A stretch of DNA of 64,000 nucleotides, from contig JAGMDC010000011.1 of assembly GCA_023128895.1 (NCBI GenBank), forward strand, positions 31,820 through 95,819, written 5' to 3'. This stretch comes from Candidatus Parcubacteria bacterium (GTDB taxonomy: Bacteria; Patescibacteriota; Minisyncoccia; Minisyncoccales; JAGMDC01). The notes beneath the pieces are model-generated. The model had not been told where the DNA came from and ran no database searches. It saw only the letters and a program-made list of their open reading frames with translations. The position numbers were made by a program, and so were the translations under genes. Positions 9,663 to 18,318 of this stretch are shown piece after piece (the first letter of the stretch is position 1; each line of letters begins with the position of its first letter).

Positions 9663-11263
9663 AAAAAACAATTAAAACAATTAAAAAAAGAACCGAATCA
9701 ATAAAACCAGTAAAGAAACCTGTTAAATCTGCGGTAAAGAAACAAATGAGAAAGAAACGACCTATGAAAGACAACACAAATATTAAGCAAACCAAGATTA
9801 AAGTTATCGGCGTTGGCGGAGGCGGATGTTCTATTGTTTCGGAGATTTCATCGTCTCTTAAAAAAATAGATTTTATCGCGGCGAACACTGATATTCAAGC
9901 GCTAAAAAAAATAAACAGAAACTGCAAAAAATTGCAGTTTGGCGAAAAACTTACTCATGGATTAGGATGCGGAATGAATTCTGAATTAGGAAAAAAATCA
10001 GCTGAAATTGAAAAAGAAAAAATCAAAAAAATAATTGAAGGCGCTGACTTTTGCGTGTTAATATCCTGTTTAGGCGGCGGCGCCGGGTCTGGCGCGACGC
10101 CTGTTTTCGCTGATATATGCAGAGAATTAAAAATTATTTCATTTGGCATATTCACGCTTCCTTTTAAATTTGAAGGCGAAAAAAAAGCAAAAATCGCGCA
10201 AAACGCGCTGGAAAAAATAAAACCCAACCTAAATGGCTTTGCTGTTATCCCAAATGAAAAAATATTCCAAATCATTGACAAAAACACTCCGTTGGAAAAA
10301 TCTCTTTACGCTCTAAATAAAATTTTGGGACAATGGCTGGAGGGCGTTGTAGAAATGATTTATCTTCCAGGGTTAATCAATATTGACTGGTCTGACTTAA
10401 AAACAATCTTAGAAGGAAAAGGGAAATTGTGTTTTCTTAATAGCGTTGAGGAGAAGAAAACAGGAAAATTAGAAGAAATAACAAGAAAAGTTCTTCATAG
10501 CCCGTTAAACACATATGATATAGAAGGCGCTGAAAAAATTTTATATAATATTGCTTCCAGTAAAGACATCACAATGAAAGAAGTCCAGCAAATCAGCGAA
10601 AATATCACTAATTTTAACACCAATGCAAAAATAATTTTTGGCGTATCGTTTCATCCTAAATACAAAGAAAAAATCAAAATAACTTTACTTGCTGTTGGGT
10701 GCGGGAAAGACCGGGAAAATCTAAAACCAAAACCCAAAATCCGCCCTACGAGCCGCCGGCCTGTAGAAAAAAAACTCGCGGAGTTGCAGTTATCGCTCAA
10801 AGAAAATAACAAAGAAGACAGCGCCGCAAAAGAATCAGAAGATCAAATCGTTGAACCTGCCCGCAACGCTTCGCTACGCTCGCGTAGCGAAGCGGGCGGG
10901 CCCGAGCAAAAACCCGAACAAAAACCCGAGCAAAAACCCGAGCCAGCCCGCAACGCTTCGCGTAGCGATGCGGGCGGGCAAAAACCCGAGCCAGCCCGCA
11001 ACGCTTCGCGTAGCGATGCTGGCGGGCAAAAAATACAAGAAATCCGCCAGCGCGTAGAAGACAAACCTAAAAAACCAAAACCTAAAAATCCGCCAGCGCG
11101 TAGAAAAAAAACCGGCAGCACTCTTTTACTGCCTCAAGATACTACCAAGAGGAAAAACGCTTTAGAACTAAAAAAAGAAGCGGAAAATATAGAAAAAAAA
11201 TTATTAGAAGAGGAAGAACAATGGGAAACGCCTGCTTTTTTGCGCAAAAAAAAATTACCTTGA
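9659..11263 (+). CDS. ftsZ: cell division protein FtsZ with a long repeat-containing C-terminal linker
   Basis: 534 aa. IKVIGVGGGGCSIV and LGGGAGSGATPVFA tubulin-signature motifs. The linker carries three in-frame GC-rich palindromes (PARNAS..RSDAGG) and QKPE repeats. The C-terminal peptide is TPAFLRKKK. Confidence 0.9.
   Translation: MKKTIKTIKKRTESIKPVKKPVKSAVKKQMRKKRPMKDNTNIKQTKIKVIGVGGGGCSIVSEISSSLKKIDFIAANTDIQALKKINRNCKKLQFGEKLTHGLGCGMNSELGKKSAEIEKEKIKKIIEGADFCVLISCLGGGAGSGATPVFADICRELKIISFGIFTLPFKFEGEKKAKIAQNALEKIKPNLNGFAVIPNEKIFQIIDKNTPLEKSLYALNKILGQWLEGVVEMIYLPGLINIDWSDLKTILEGKGKLCFLNSVEEKKTGKLEEITRKVLHSPLNTYDIEGAEKILYNIASSKDITMKEVQQISENITNFNTNAKIIFGVSFHPKYKEKIKITLLAVGCGKDRENLKPKPKIRPTSRRPVEKKLAELQLSLKENNKEDSAAKESEDQIVEPARNASLRSRSEAGGPEQKPEQKPEQKPEPARNASRSDAGGQKPEPARNASRSDAGGQKIQEIRQRVEDKPKKPKPKNPPARRKKTGSTLLLPQDTTKRKNALELKKEAENIEKKLLEEEEQWETPAFLRKKKLP
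10859..11027 (+). repeat. three GC-rich palindromic elements (10859-10901, 10946-10979, 10994-11027) inside ftsZ
   Basis: gcccgcaacgcttcgc..gcgaagcg/gtagcgatgcgggcgggc. Each is an imperfect hairpin in an otherwise AT-rich gene. All are read in the same frame as P-A-R-N-A-S..R-S-D/E-A-G-G. Confidence 0.85.
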
Positions 11264-11264
11264 A

Positions 11265-11720
11265 TTACGAAATTTTCAAAATTTTATACCGAATATCGCC
11301 TTGTGGCGCGGAAACTGTAATAATAGCCCCTTCTGGTTTGTCTAAAAACGCTCTGCCTATTGGAGATTCTATGGAAATTTTTCCTTCCAAGGGCGAGGCT
11401 TCTTCGGCTCCAACAATTTCAAATTTTTCTGTTGTCCCGTCTGTTTTAACTAAAACAACTGACCCAATCTGAACCCATCCATTTTGCGAATTTTTTAACA
11501 CAACTTTCGCGGTTTTAATCAAATTATCTAATTCTAAAATCCTGCCTTCCAAAAACGCCTGTTGTTCTTTTGCTTCGGCATAATCAGCGTTCTCGGACAA
11601 ATCGCCATAACTTATGGCTTTTTTTAATCTCTGCGCGATTTCTCTGCGCTTATCGGTTTTAAGTTCAAGAATCTCTTTTTTTAATTTTTCCAGACCGTCT
11701 GGAGTAAAATATTTTGACAT
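11265..11720 (-). CDS. greA: transcription elongation factor GreA
   Basis: 151 aa. Coiled-coil N-terminus with AISYGDLSENADYAEAKEQQ, plus a C-terminal FKBP-like domain. Confidence 0.9.
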   Translation of the reverse strand: MSKYFTPDGLEKLKKEILELKTDKRREIAQRLKKAISYGDLSENADYAEAKEQQAFLEGRILELDNLIKTAKVVLKNSQNGWVQIGSVVLVKTDGTTEKFEIVGAEEASPLEGKISIESPIGRAFLDKPEGAIITVSAPQGDIRYKILKIS

Positions 11721-11727
11721 ATCTTTT

Positions 11728-11888
11728 AAGGTTGCAGGACAATATCATTTCTACTGCGACTTCCAAAATTTGGTCAAATTTCCCCAAAATTTTCTCAACT
11801 TGTATTCCATACAGGTTTCAAAAATTATTTGAAAAATTTCCCTCAAATTTTGAAACTCTCGCTACGAAAGCATATTGTCCCACAACCT
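11728..11888. mobile_element. MITE family 1, copy 1 (161 bp)
   Basis: The terminal inverted repeats are aaggttgcaggacaatat and atattgtcccacaacctt. The interior is near-identical to copy 41080-41239. It sits 7 bp upstream of the greA start. Confidence 0.75.
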
Positions 11889-11956
11889 TACACCAACATA
11901 TTATGCCATAATATCAAAATAAAAATCCCTGTCAATATGTTAATAACACAGAGGAA

Positions 11957-12120
11957 AATGAGCGAAGCAACAAGCCCTCAATGGCAAACATCGGAGGCGC
12001 CTGAGCATGGTCCGAGCACTCAGTAATCTGAGTGCTCGGTCAGGCGCTGAGATATTAGACCCCAAAATCCCGCTGGGATTTTGAGGGTCGGTGCCTTGAG
12101 GGCTTCGTTGCCTCGCGAAT
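11957..12120. repeat. composite palindromic element (MITE-like) with nested hairpins
   Basis: The ~22-bp terminal inverted repeats are gagcgaagcaacaagccctcaa and ttgagggcttcgttgcctcgc. Inside are the hairpins ccgagcactcag-taat-ctgagtgctcgg, gcgcctga/tcaggcgc and ccaaaatccc-gct-gggattttgg. The ends recur at 56895 and 61747. Confidence 0.6.
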
Positions 12121-12127
12121 TGTATTT

Positions 12128-14047
12128 TTATTTATCATTGAAATACCATTCCAGAATTTGCTTTGCGACTGGGAGAACCACTACTTGATCGCCTTCCACA
12201 TATTCAATCATAATAACTAAAACAATTTCCGGATTTTCATAAGGGGCAAAAACTGTTACCCAGTTATGGTAATAGCCCTTTTTACCTGTCTGCGCTGTTC
12301 CTGTTTTCGCCCCGGCGTTAACCGGCAGAGTATTCAACAAAACTGCCGACGCCTGCGGGCTGTTCTTTCCTGTTACTGTCTGGCGCATCCCCTGCCTCAC
12401 AACTTCCAAATTTTCTTTATTAATAAAATCTTGCCTGATAATTTTTGGTTCTATTTTCTGTTCAACTCCATTAGCGTCAATAATTTCCTTAACTACGCGC
12501 GGCTCGTACAAAATTCCTTTATTGGCAATAGACGCGGAACTCATTGCTAATTGCAATGGAGTGGCCAAAACATACTCCTGCCCGATAGAAAGATAGTAAG
12601 TATTTCCCCTGCCCCATATTGTACTAACTCCTGTTCCGGCAAAATATTCTTTTTTCCACTCTGGACATGGAACCAAACCAGATTTTTCGCTCGGAATATC
12701 TATGTTTGTCTTTTCGCCCCAACCGAATAAATTCAAATATTTTTTAATTCTTTCAACCCCTAATCCCTTAAAATTCTTAGAACCGCCGCCAATAGTATAG
12801 AAAAACACATTGCAGGATTCAGCTATGGCTTTTCTTACATCTGTTAATCCATGAATGGACCAATCCCTGTATATCCAAAATTCCGGCTCCTGATCTGGCC
12901 AAAGTATATTTTCAATTTTTATTTCACCGGTGCAATGTATCTTTTTTTTGGGAAAAATAATTTTTTCTTCCAGGGCCGCGGAAGCGATCAACGGCTTAAT
13001 AGTGGAACCGGTTGGATAAGTCCCTGAAACCGCCCTGTTAAGCATAGGATATGTTGTATCCTGAGACAGTTCCTGCCATTGCTCAACAGACATTGTTTGC
13101 GAAAAAAGATTATTGTCATAATTAGGCAAACTCACCATAGCGAGCACTCCTCCTGTTTTTGGGTCAATCGCCACTCCAACGCCGGCTTTTGAGCCCACTT
13201 TTTTCATCCCTGTTCCAAGCGCTTCCTGAATTTTTTTCTGTAAGCTGGAATCAATATGAAGAATCAAACTATTTCCCGATTCCGGCAAAGAAACAATTTT
13301 TTTTGAAATAATATTTCCTTCGGCGTCTCTTTCCGAAAGAATTTCGCCTCCTTTCTGCCGCAACGCCTCATCATAAAAACTTTCCAGACCAGCTGCTCCG
13401 CCCACTTCTCTTTTATAGCCAATAATATGCGAAAAAACAGGCCCGTCTTTATATTCCCTTATTGTATTGTCCACAACTACAAATCCTGGAAACTCTTCTG
13501 CTCTTGCTTCTAATACGATTATTGCTGAATGCGGAAGATTTTCAAAAATTTTAATTGATGAGTCTGAAGAAGATTCTATTTGTTGTTTCACAATTTCGGG
13601 CTCTTTCTCAATAATACGCGCGACTTGAGATATTACTGCTTGTCTTTTCGCAAAATCTTGCGGGAGCTGTTTCTTTTCACAAAGCAAATCAAAAGCAGGC
13701 ACATTGAAAATTAACTGAACTTTGTCTTTGTCGTATATTATTCCTCTCTGCGCCTGGACAGAATAAATCTTAAACCTGTTTTCTTCAGACAAATCAAAAA
13801 ATGTTTTTCCTTCAATAATCTGAAAATGAAATGTTTTGGCAAAAAAAACAACGAGCATTAGCAGAAAACAAAAATAAAAAGCGCGCAAAATACTTTTCGA
13901 AAGAGGCACCTCAATTTTCTTTTCTGAAACACCTGCGCGCTCTTGCTGTTTTTGAGATAAAGAGTCCAAAAAAATCTCCTGCGGCTCCAGGTCCTGATTG
14001 AAAAATTTTTTAATTTTCTTGTTATTAGATCCAAACATATCTTTCAA
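12128..14047 (-). CDS. mrdA: penicillin-binding protein 2 (elongasome transpeptidase)
   Basis: 639 aa. N-terminal TM helix, then SxxK (GSTIKP), SxN (ESCNVF) and KTG (AKTGTA) motifs. Adjacent to mreD and mreC. Confidence 0.9.
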   Translation of the reverse strand: MKDMFGSNNKKIKKFFNQDLEPQEIFLDSLSQKQQERAGVSEKKIEVPLSKSILRAFYFCFLLMLVVFFAKTFHFQIIEGKTFFDLSEENRFKIYSVQAQRGIIYDKDKVQLIFNVPAFDLLCEKKQLPQDFAKRQAVISQVARIIEKEPEIVKQQIESSSDSSIKIFENLPHSAIIVLEARAEEFPGFVVVDNTIREYKDGPVFSHIIGYKREVGGAAGLESFYDEALRQKGGEILSERDAEGNIISKKIVSLPESGNSLILHIDSSLQKKIQEALGTGMKKVGSKAGVGVAIDPKTGGVLAMVSLPNYDNNLFSQTMSVEQWQELSQDTTYPMLNRAVSGTYPTGSTIKPLIASAALEEKIIFPKKKIHCTGEIKIENILWPDQEPEFWIYRDWSIHGLTDVRKAIAESCNVFFYTIGGGSKNFKGLGVERIKKYLNLFGWGEKTNIDIPSEKSGLVPCPEWKKEYFAGTGVSTIWGRGNTYYLSIGQEYVLATPLQLAMSSASIANKGILYEPRVVKEIIDANGVEQKIEPKIIRQDFINKENLEVVRQGMRQTVTGKNSPQASAVLLNTLPVNAGAKTGTAQTGKKGYYHNWVTVFAPYENPEIVLVIMIEYVEGDQVVVLPVAKQILEWYFNDK

Positions 14048-14345
14048 TAATAAATTTCATAAATCCCGCGATACACACCAAAACCAAAATTTCAAATCCA
14101 AACACGGCATTTGAATAAACAGATAAAAAAAATCCGGCGATAAAAGCAGAAATAATCCCCATATATCTGGCGCTCCTTTTGTCTTTTTCCGCGAACCAGC
14201 GCGGAGCAAAAAGACATATTAAAATCACTGACAATAAAACAAGATTTATCTGATATCCGCTTATATTAAAACGAGTTAAAAAACTTGTCTGAAACAATGT
14301 CAAAAAATAAAAAAATATAACAAGAATTGCGATTTTTTTAAACAT
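14025..14345 (-). CDS. mreD: small polytopic membrane protein, MreD-like by position
   Basis: 106 aa with 3-4 hydrophobic helices. It lies between mreC and mrdA with overlapping start and stop codons. Confidence 0.45.
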   Translation of the reverse strand: MFKKIAILVIFFYFLTLFQTSFLTRFNISGYQINLVLLSVILICLFAPRWFAEKDKRSARYMGIISAFIAGFFLSVYSNAVFGFEILVLVCIAGFMKFIIERYVWI

Positions 14346-15133
14346 TAATAATCAGTGATAATGAATAAACTTTCTAAATCATTAAGGTTAAAAAGCACGG
14401 ACAATTCTGCCTGCTGAAACGGTTCTGCGTCACTCCTTCTTATTTTTTTTATTTCACCTGCCAAAAGCCCTTTTGGAAAAATTCCTCCCAAAGAAGTAGT
14501 AACTACGATATCTCTTTCTTGAATTTCCTTGTCTTTTGAGACGCGCTCAAAATAAAGAGAACCGCTGCCTTTGCCTTTTATCAAGCCAGAAGCATTTTTT
14601 TCTTGAATCTCAGCGCCAAACGAACTTTCCTTATTTGTGAGCAGCATTACTTGTGAAAAATTTTTATAAACTTTGCTCACTTTTCCGCAAACAATTTTCT
14701 CTGCTGTCACAACAGGCATATCTTCTAAAATCCCATAGTCTGAACCTTTATCTACTAAAATAAAATCCCCTTGCTTTGCCGTAATATCGCACAAAACTAT
14801 TTTAAAATTTTCCGTTAATCCAATATCAAGAACCGTTCTCAAAATTTTATTTTCCTGCCGTATATTTTCAATACGAGCGATCTCTGCCAGCAGCCTTTGA
14901 TTTTCTTGCTTAAGATAATCATTTTCGCTTTTTAGATTTTTAGAGTTATAAATTGTTTCAAAAAGATTAGAAGCTCTGTTGCCCGCGTTCCAGAAAACTT
15001 TTTGTATCGGCGCGGAAAAAACATAAAAAGCGTTTTTTATATTATCAGAAAAACCGGTCAAATTAACAACCGCGAAAAAAACAATTAAGCAAGCCGCTGC
15101 GATTATAATTTTTTTTCTCAAATCTGTGTTCAT
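14345..15133 (-). CDS. mreC: rod shape-determining protein MreC
   Basis: 262 aa. N-terminal TM helix, coiled coil (ENDYLKQENQRLLAEIARIE), then a beta-rich domain with GGIFPKGLLAGEI. Confidence 0.75.
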   Translation of the reverse strand: MNTDLRKKIIIAAACLIVFFAVVNLTGFSDNIKNAFYVFSAPIQKVFWNAGNRASNLFETIYNSKNLKSENDYLKQENQRLLAEIARIENIRQENKILRTVLDIGLTENFKIVLCDITAKQGDFILVDKGSDYGILEDMPVVTAEKIVCGKVSKVYKNFSQVMLLTNKESSFGAEIQEKNASGLIKGKGSGSLYFERVSKDKEIQERDIVVTTSLGGIFPKGLLAGEIKKIRRSDAEPFQQAELSVLFNLNDLESLFIITDY

Positions 15134-15142
15134 AAAAAAATA

Positions 15143-15784
15143 TCATTTTTGTTCTTGGTCTTTACGAGAAATTTCTTTCAAAGAGAAACGCATGCCGTGG
15201 CCAAAAATACCCTTAATGTCATTTCTTAAAAATAAAAGCAAAATTACTCCTAATATTCCAAAAATTCCCACTGCGACAAACACTGGTACAAATCCAAAAT
15301 TAGTTGCTGCCCAGCCGCCAACAACTCCTGATATTCCAGCTCCAAAACCCAAAAAAGTGGCATCCAAACCCCATTCAGTCGCTTCTTTGCCTTTATCAAT
15401 ATGGCGGGTAAAGATTGCTGTCCATCCGGAAAGCGACATAGCCATTCCCGTTGCGTAAATCGCCTGAAACAAATAAATATGCCATGGAAGTTCACAAAAT
15501 ATAAATCCAAACGGAACCAAGGCCGCTATAAAAAGTCCTACTGTTAGAAATAAATAATCATCTTGTTCTCCTTTACAATTGTCTAAAAACATTCCAATAG
15601 GAACTCTTAACAACGATGTTAAAATACAATAAATCGCTGAAGCAATCCCCACTGTCAAAGCAGTTGCTCCCTGAATCTCGTCAACAATAAAAATAGCGAA
15701 AATAGGCGTAATCAAACCCCAGCCAGTCCAAAAGGCTATATCTGATAAAATTAGATATTTTACAATTTTATTAACTTTTAACAT
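15143..15784 (-). CDS. six-helix membrane protein, MFS-like half transporter
   Basis: 213 aa, about 6 predicted TM helices. The RVPIGMFLD loop resembles MFS motif A. Confidence 0.45.
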   Translation of the reverse strand: MLKVNKIVKYLILSDIAFWTGWGLITPIFAIFIVDEIQGATALTVGIASAIYCILTSLLRVPIGMFLDNCKGEQDDYLFLTVGLFIAALVPFGFIFCELPWHIYLFQAIYATGMAMSLSGWTAIFTRHIDKGKEATEWGLDATFLGFGAGISGVVGGWAATNFGFVPVFVAVGIFGILGVILLLFLRNDIKGIFGHGMRFSLKEISRKDQEQK

Positions 15785-15796
15785 TGATTATCTTTC

Positions 15797-15880
15797 ATTG
15801 TTGCGGCAGAGCCGCATAATTGTTCGCTCGGTCAAAATACAAAAACAAATTTTTGTGTTTTTTCCTCGCTCTCAATTATA
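15797..15880. repeat. 84-bp 5'-region repeat, copy A (paired with 45313-45396)
   Basis: attgttgcggcagagccgcataattgttcgctcgg..cctcgctctcaattata. High identity to copy B. It contains the gcggc-aga-gccgc hairpin next to the downstream start codon. Confidence 0.7.
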
Positions 15881-15906
15881 GCAAAAAATCGGCGGATTGG
15901 CGATTA

Positions 15907-16653
15907 TTATTTGCAGAATTTGATTAATGTTTTAGCGTTTGCAATGGCAAAACCGGAAGTATCGTTGTTGAAATACACATAAACGTCTAAATTCTGTTTA
16001 ATATATTCCGCGATTTTCCGAAACAAATCTTTTAATTCCTTGTCTGTGTATTTTGACGTAAAGAGAATTTCAGAGCCGTGCATTCTGATATAAACAAAAT
16101 CAGCTGTGATTGTTTGAGTTTTAGGAAAATTCGGTGAATCAGCAATCACAAACGCCGCATTATATTTCTTCAAAATTTTATAAACTTTTTCGCAAAACCA
16201 AGTTTGATGCCGAAACTCAAACGCATTCCTCAACCCATCAGTTTTTATTATTGGAAGGAAATTTAGTAATCTTTGAATATTTTCATCTGTGGCTTGAAAG
16301 TTCGGCGGAAACTGGAATAAGATTGGACCTAATTTTTTTTCTAATCCTTGAGCGCGCTCTAAAAAAGTTTTATACGCGCCTTCAACTTCTTTCAGCCGCT
16401 TGATATGCGTGATATATCTGCTTGCCTTCACGGCAAACACAAAATCATTGGGCGTTTCTTGGCGCCATTTCTGAAAGTTTTGTTTCGTAGGCAAACGATA
16501 AAATGAATAATTGATTTCAGTTGTTTTGAAATGTTGGGAAAAATATTTTAACTTGTCTTTGCCTGCTAAATCTTCAGGATAAAAAATTTTCTTCCAATGA
16601 GGATAAACCCAGCCAGAAGTTCCAATGAATAATTTTGTTTTTTGCTTTGCCAT
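15907..16653 (-). CDS. DUF72 family protein
   Basis: The ORF opens at 16734, but MAKQKTKLFIGTSGWVY (ATG at 16653) matches the usual DUF72 N-terminus. It has YSFYRLP and FQFPPNF motifs. Confidence 0.7.
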   Translation of the reverse strand: MAKQKTKLFIGTSGWVYPHWKKIFYPEDLAGKDKLKYFSQHFKTTEINYSFYRLPTKQNFQKWRQETPNDFVFAVKASRYITHIKRLKEVEGAYKTFLERAQGLEKKLGPILFQFPPNFQATDENIQRLLNFLPIIKTDGLRNAFEFRHQTWFCEKVYKILKKYNAAFVIADSPNFPKTQTITADFVYIRMHGSEILFTSKYTDKELKDLFRKIAEYIKQNLDVYVYFNNDTSGFAIANAKTLIKFCK

Positions 16654-16723
16654 TTGTGCATTATAACACATTTGTATAAAAAAAATTGGGTAACTGCCTT
16701 TCGGCGGCTGCCCTTTTTTATTT

Positions 16724-17803
16724 CTATTCATCATTGTATTCCAATCCTAATGGCTCAATCACGACTTTCTTGGCATTGCTTGCTTCTACGCGCCCTGCCT
16801 CTATCGCTGGAATTCCGTATCCGTCAGCAATATGGATAATATCCGGGGTATCTCTTGGTTCAACAATCACCGCAATTCCCGCGCCATTATTGAATGTCTG
16901 GTACATCTCCTCATCGCTGATATTTCCGTATTCCTGGAGAAACTTGAATACCTCTTGCGGTTTGGGAATTTTATTGATAATGTACGCCCATATCTCTTCG
17001 GCCCTCATTATCTTGCGCCAGCCCTGTCCGGTAATGTTGGAAGCATAATGAATTTTTATGCCTCTATCCAAACAATCTCTTATAACCCGCGCGTATATCA
17101 CTGTCGGCTCAAACAAAGCTATTCCAAAAATTTCTCCATTGTTCATCTCTGCAGAATATCCATTTGGAAGTTTGTCAGCAATATCCCGCGCCAAAGTTAG
17201 GCCATTGGCGTGTACCCCTGAACTTCCAAAAAGAACTATCTCGTCGCCTTCTTTGATGTTTTCGCTGGAAATCCTTCTCTTTTTTGGCTTGATAATCCCA
17301 ACTGCCGAACCATCTAAAACCGCGTGCGCAGGATGTATAATGTCTTTCAGGACCGAGGTTTCTACGCCGCCAAAAACGCATCCGGCGATACGGCACGCTC
17401 TGACCCAACCCTTAATCAAAAGAAAGTATCTCTCTTCGTTGTCAAACCAGGCAGAATCCCCTACTGCCAAATGCATATTCACATTGAGCGGTGTTGCTCC
17501 TGATGCTGCCATACTGTTCACTATCCTTGCGACAGCGTCTTGTCCCATATAGTCATAAAAACTCTTCCAAACCATATTCGTTGCGTCCGCTGCTGCGCTC
17601 TTTGTACCCAGCCCTTCCTTTATATGAGCAACATAACAATCTTCCATTTCTATAAGTTGAACGCTCTCTCTACGGGATTCTTCCACAAATCTCACGCCAA
17701 GTCCGTCTATGCTCTTATCTGTTATTTTTGCTGTGTTTTGGGCTAGCTCCTTGAACGCATCCAATTTGCCGTAATCTACTCTACTCTTCCTTTTTTCTTT
17801 CAT
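16724..17803 (-). CDS. AIR synthase-related (PurM-like) protein
   Basis: 359 aa. PurM-like motifs GLGTKS, GGVETS, FGSSGVHANGLTLARD and EMYQTFNNGAGIAVIV. Confidence 0.65.
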   Translation of the reverse strand: MKEKRKSRVDYGKLDAFKELAQNTAKITDKSIDGLGVRFVEESRRESVQLIEMEDCYVAHIKEGLGTKSAAADATNMVWKSFYDYMGQDAVARIVNSMAASGATPLNVNMHLAVGDSAWFDNEERYFLLIKGWVRACRIAGCVFGGVETSVLKDIIHPAHAVLDGSAVGIIKPKKRRISSENIKEGDEIVLFGSSGVHANGLTLARDIADKLPNGYSAEMNNGEIFGIALFEPTVIYARVIRDCLDRGIKIHYASNITGQGWRKIMRAEEIWAYIINKIPKPQEVFKFLQEYGNISDEEMYQTFNNGAGIAVIVEPRDTPDIIHIADGYGIPAIEAGRVEASNAKKVVIEPLGLEYNDE

Positions 17804-17936
17804 TTTTTTCCTTTTCCTCTTTTTTTTCCATCCTTAATATTTCGATATACTCATCTTTCCTTTTTATCAATGTTTCCAATTCTCTTATTTTTTTGCTTTG
17901 CTTTACTATTGTTTCCTTAAGCGCTTCTTCAACCAT
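17781..17936 (-). CDS. possible 51-aa coiled-coil micro-ORF
   Basis: I translated this by hand: MVEEALKETIVKQSKKIRELETLIKRKDEYIEILRMEKKEEKEKNERKKEE. It is below the ORF-track cutoff. It overlaps the start of the purM-like gene and has no homology signal. Confidence 0.2.
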   Translation of the reverse strand: MVEEALKETIVKQSKKIRELETLIKRKDEYIEILRMEKKEEKEKNERKKEE

Positions 17937-18014
17937 TTCTTTTTTTCTCCTATTTTTTTATTGACAATATTCTAAACAAACATTACCAAAAATCCGCGAA
18001 AAAATCAATACAAT

Positions 18015-18317
18015 TTAATCGTTTTCAATGTCTATGCCGCTTATTTTTTCCAAATAGCGGATTCTCCTGTCTAATTTCTTTTTTTCAGTGAAGGAACCTG
18101 CCCTAAATCTCTTATGACGCATTTCTAAAAGTTTTTTCTTAAATTCTCCCTTGCTGATTAATTCTCCGTATTTTTTGCCGAAAACCTGCTTTTCCAAATC
18201 AATCCGTTCTTCGCGGCTGAATCCTCTGCCTGAACCTGGAATTTTAGGCGATGCCTTTTCCAATTTTTTCCTAAATTCCTGCCTGTCAATATGTTTTTCT
18301 TTGCCAAAAATAGACAT
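18015..18317 (-). CDS. hypothetical basic protein
   Basis: 100-aa Lys/Arg/Glu-rich ORF with no recognisable motif. Its start lies 1 nt from the stop of the upstream gene. Confidence 0.4.
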   Translation of the reverse strand: MSIFGKEKHIDRQEFRKKLEKASPKIPGSGRGFSREERIDLEKQVFGKKYGELISKGEFKKKLLEMRHKRFRAGSFTEKKKLDRRIRYLEKISGIDIEND

Positions 18318-18318
18318 A

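Noticed and set aside
11957-12120. Structured 164-nt region considered as an SRP RNA, tmRNA, 6S or RNase P gene.
   Set aside because: I could not find the conserved SRP domain IV sequence with its GNRA-type loop context, a tRNA-like acceptor end or a tag ORF. In addition, the terminal 22-mers recur as a solo or collapsed copy at 56895 and 61747. That fits a repeat element better than a single-copy RNA gene. An Infernal scan would settle it.
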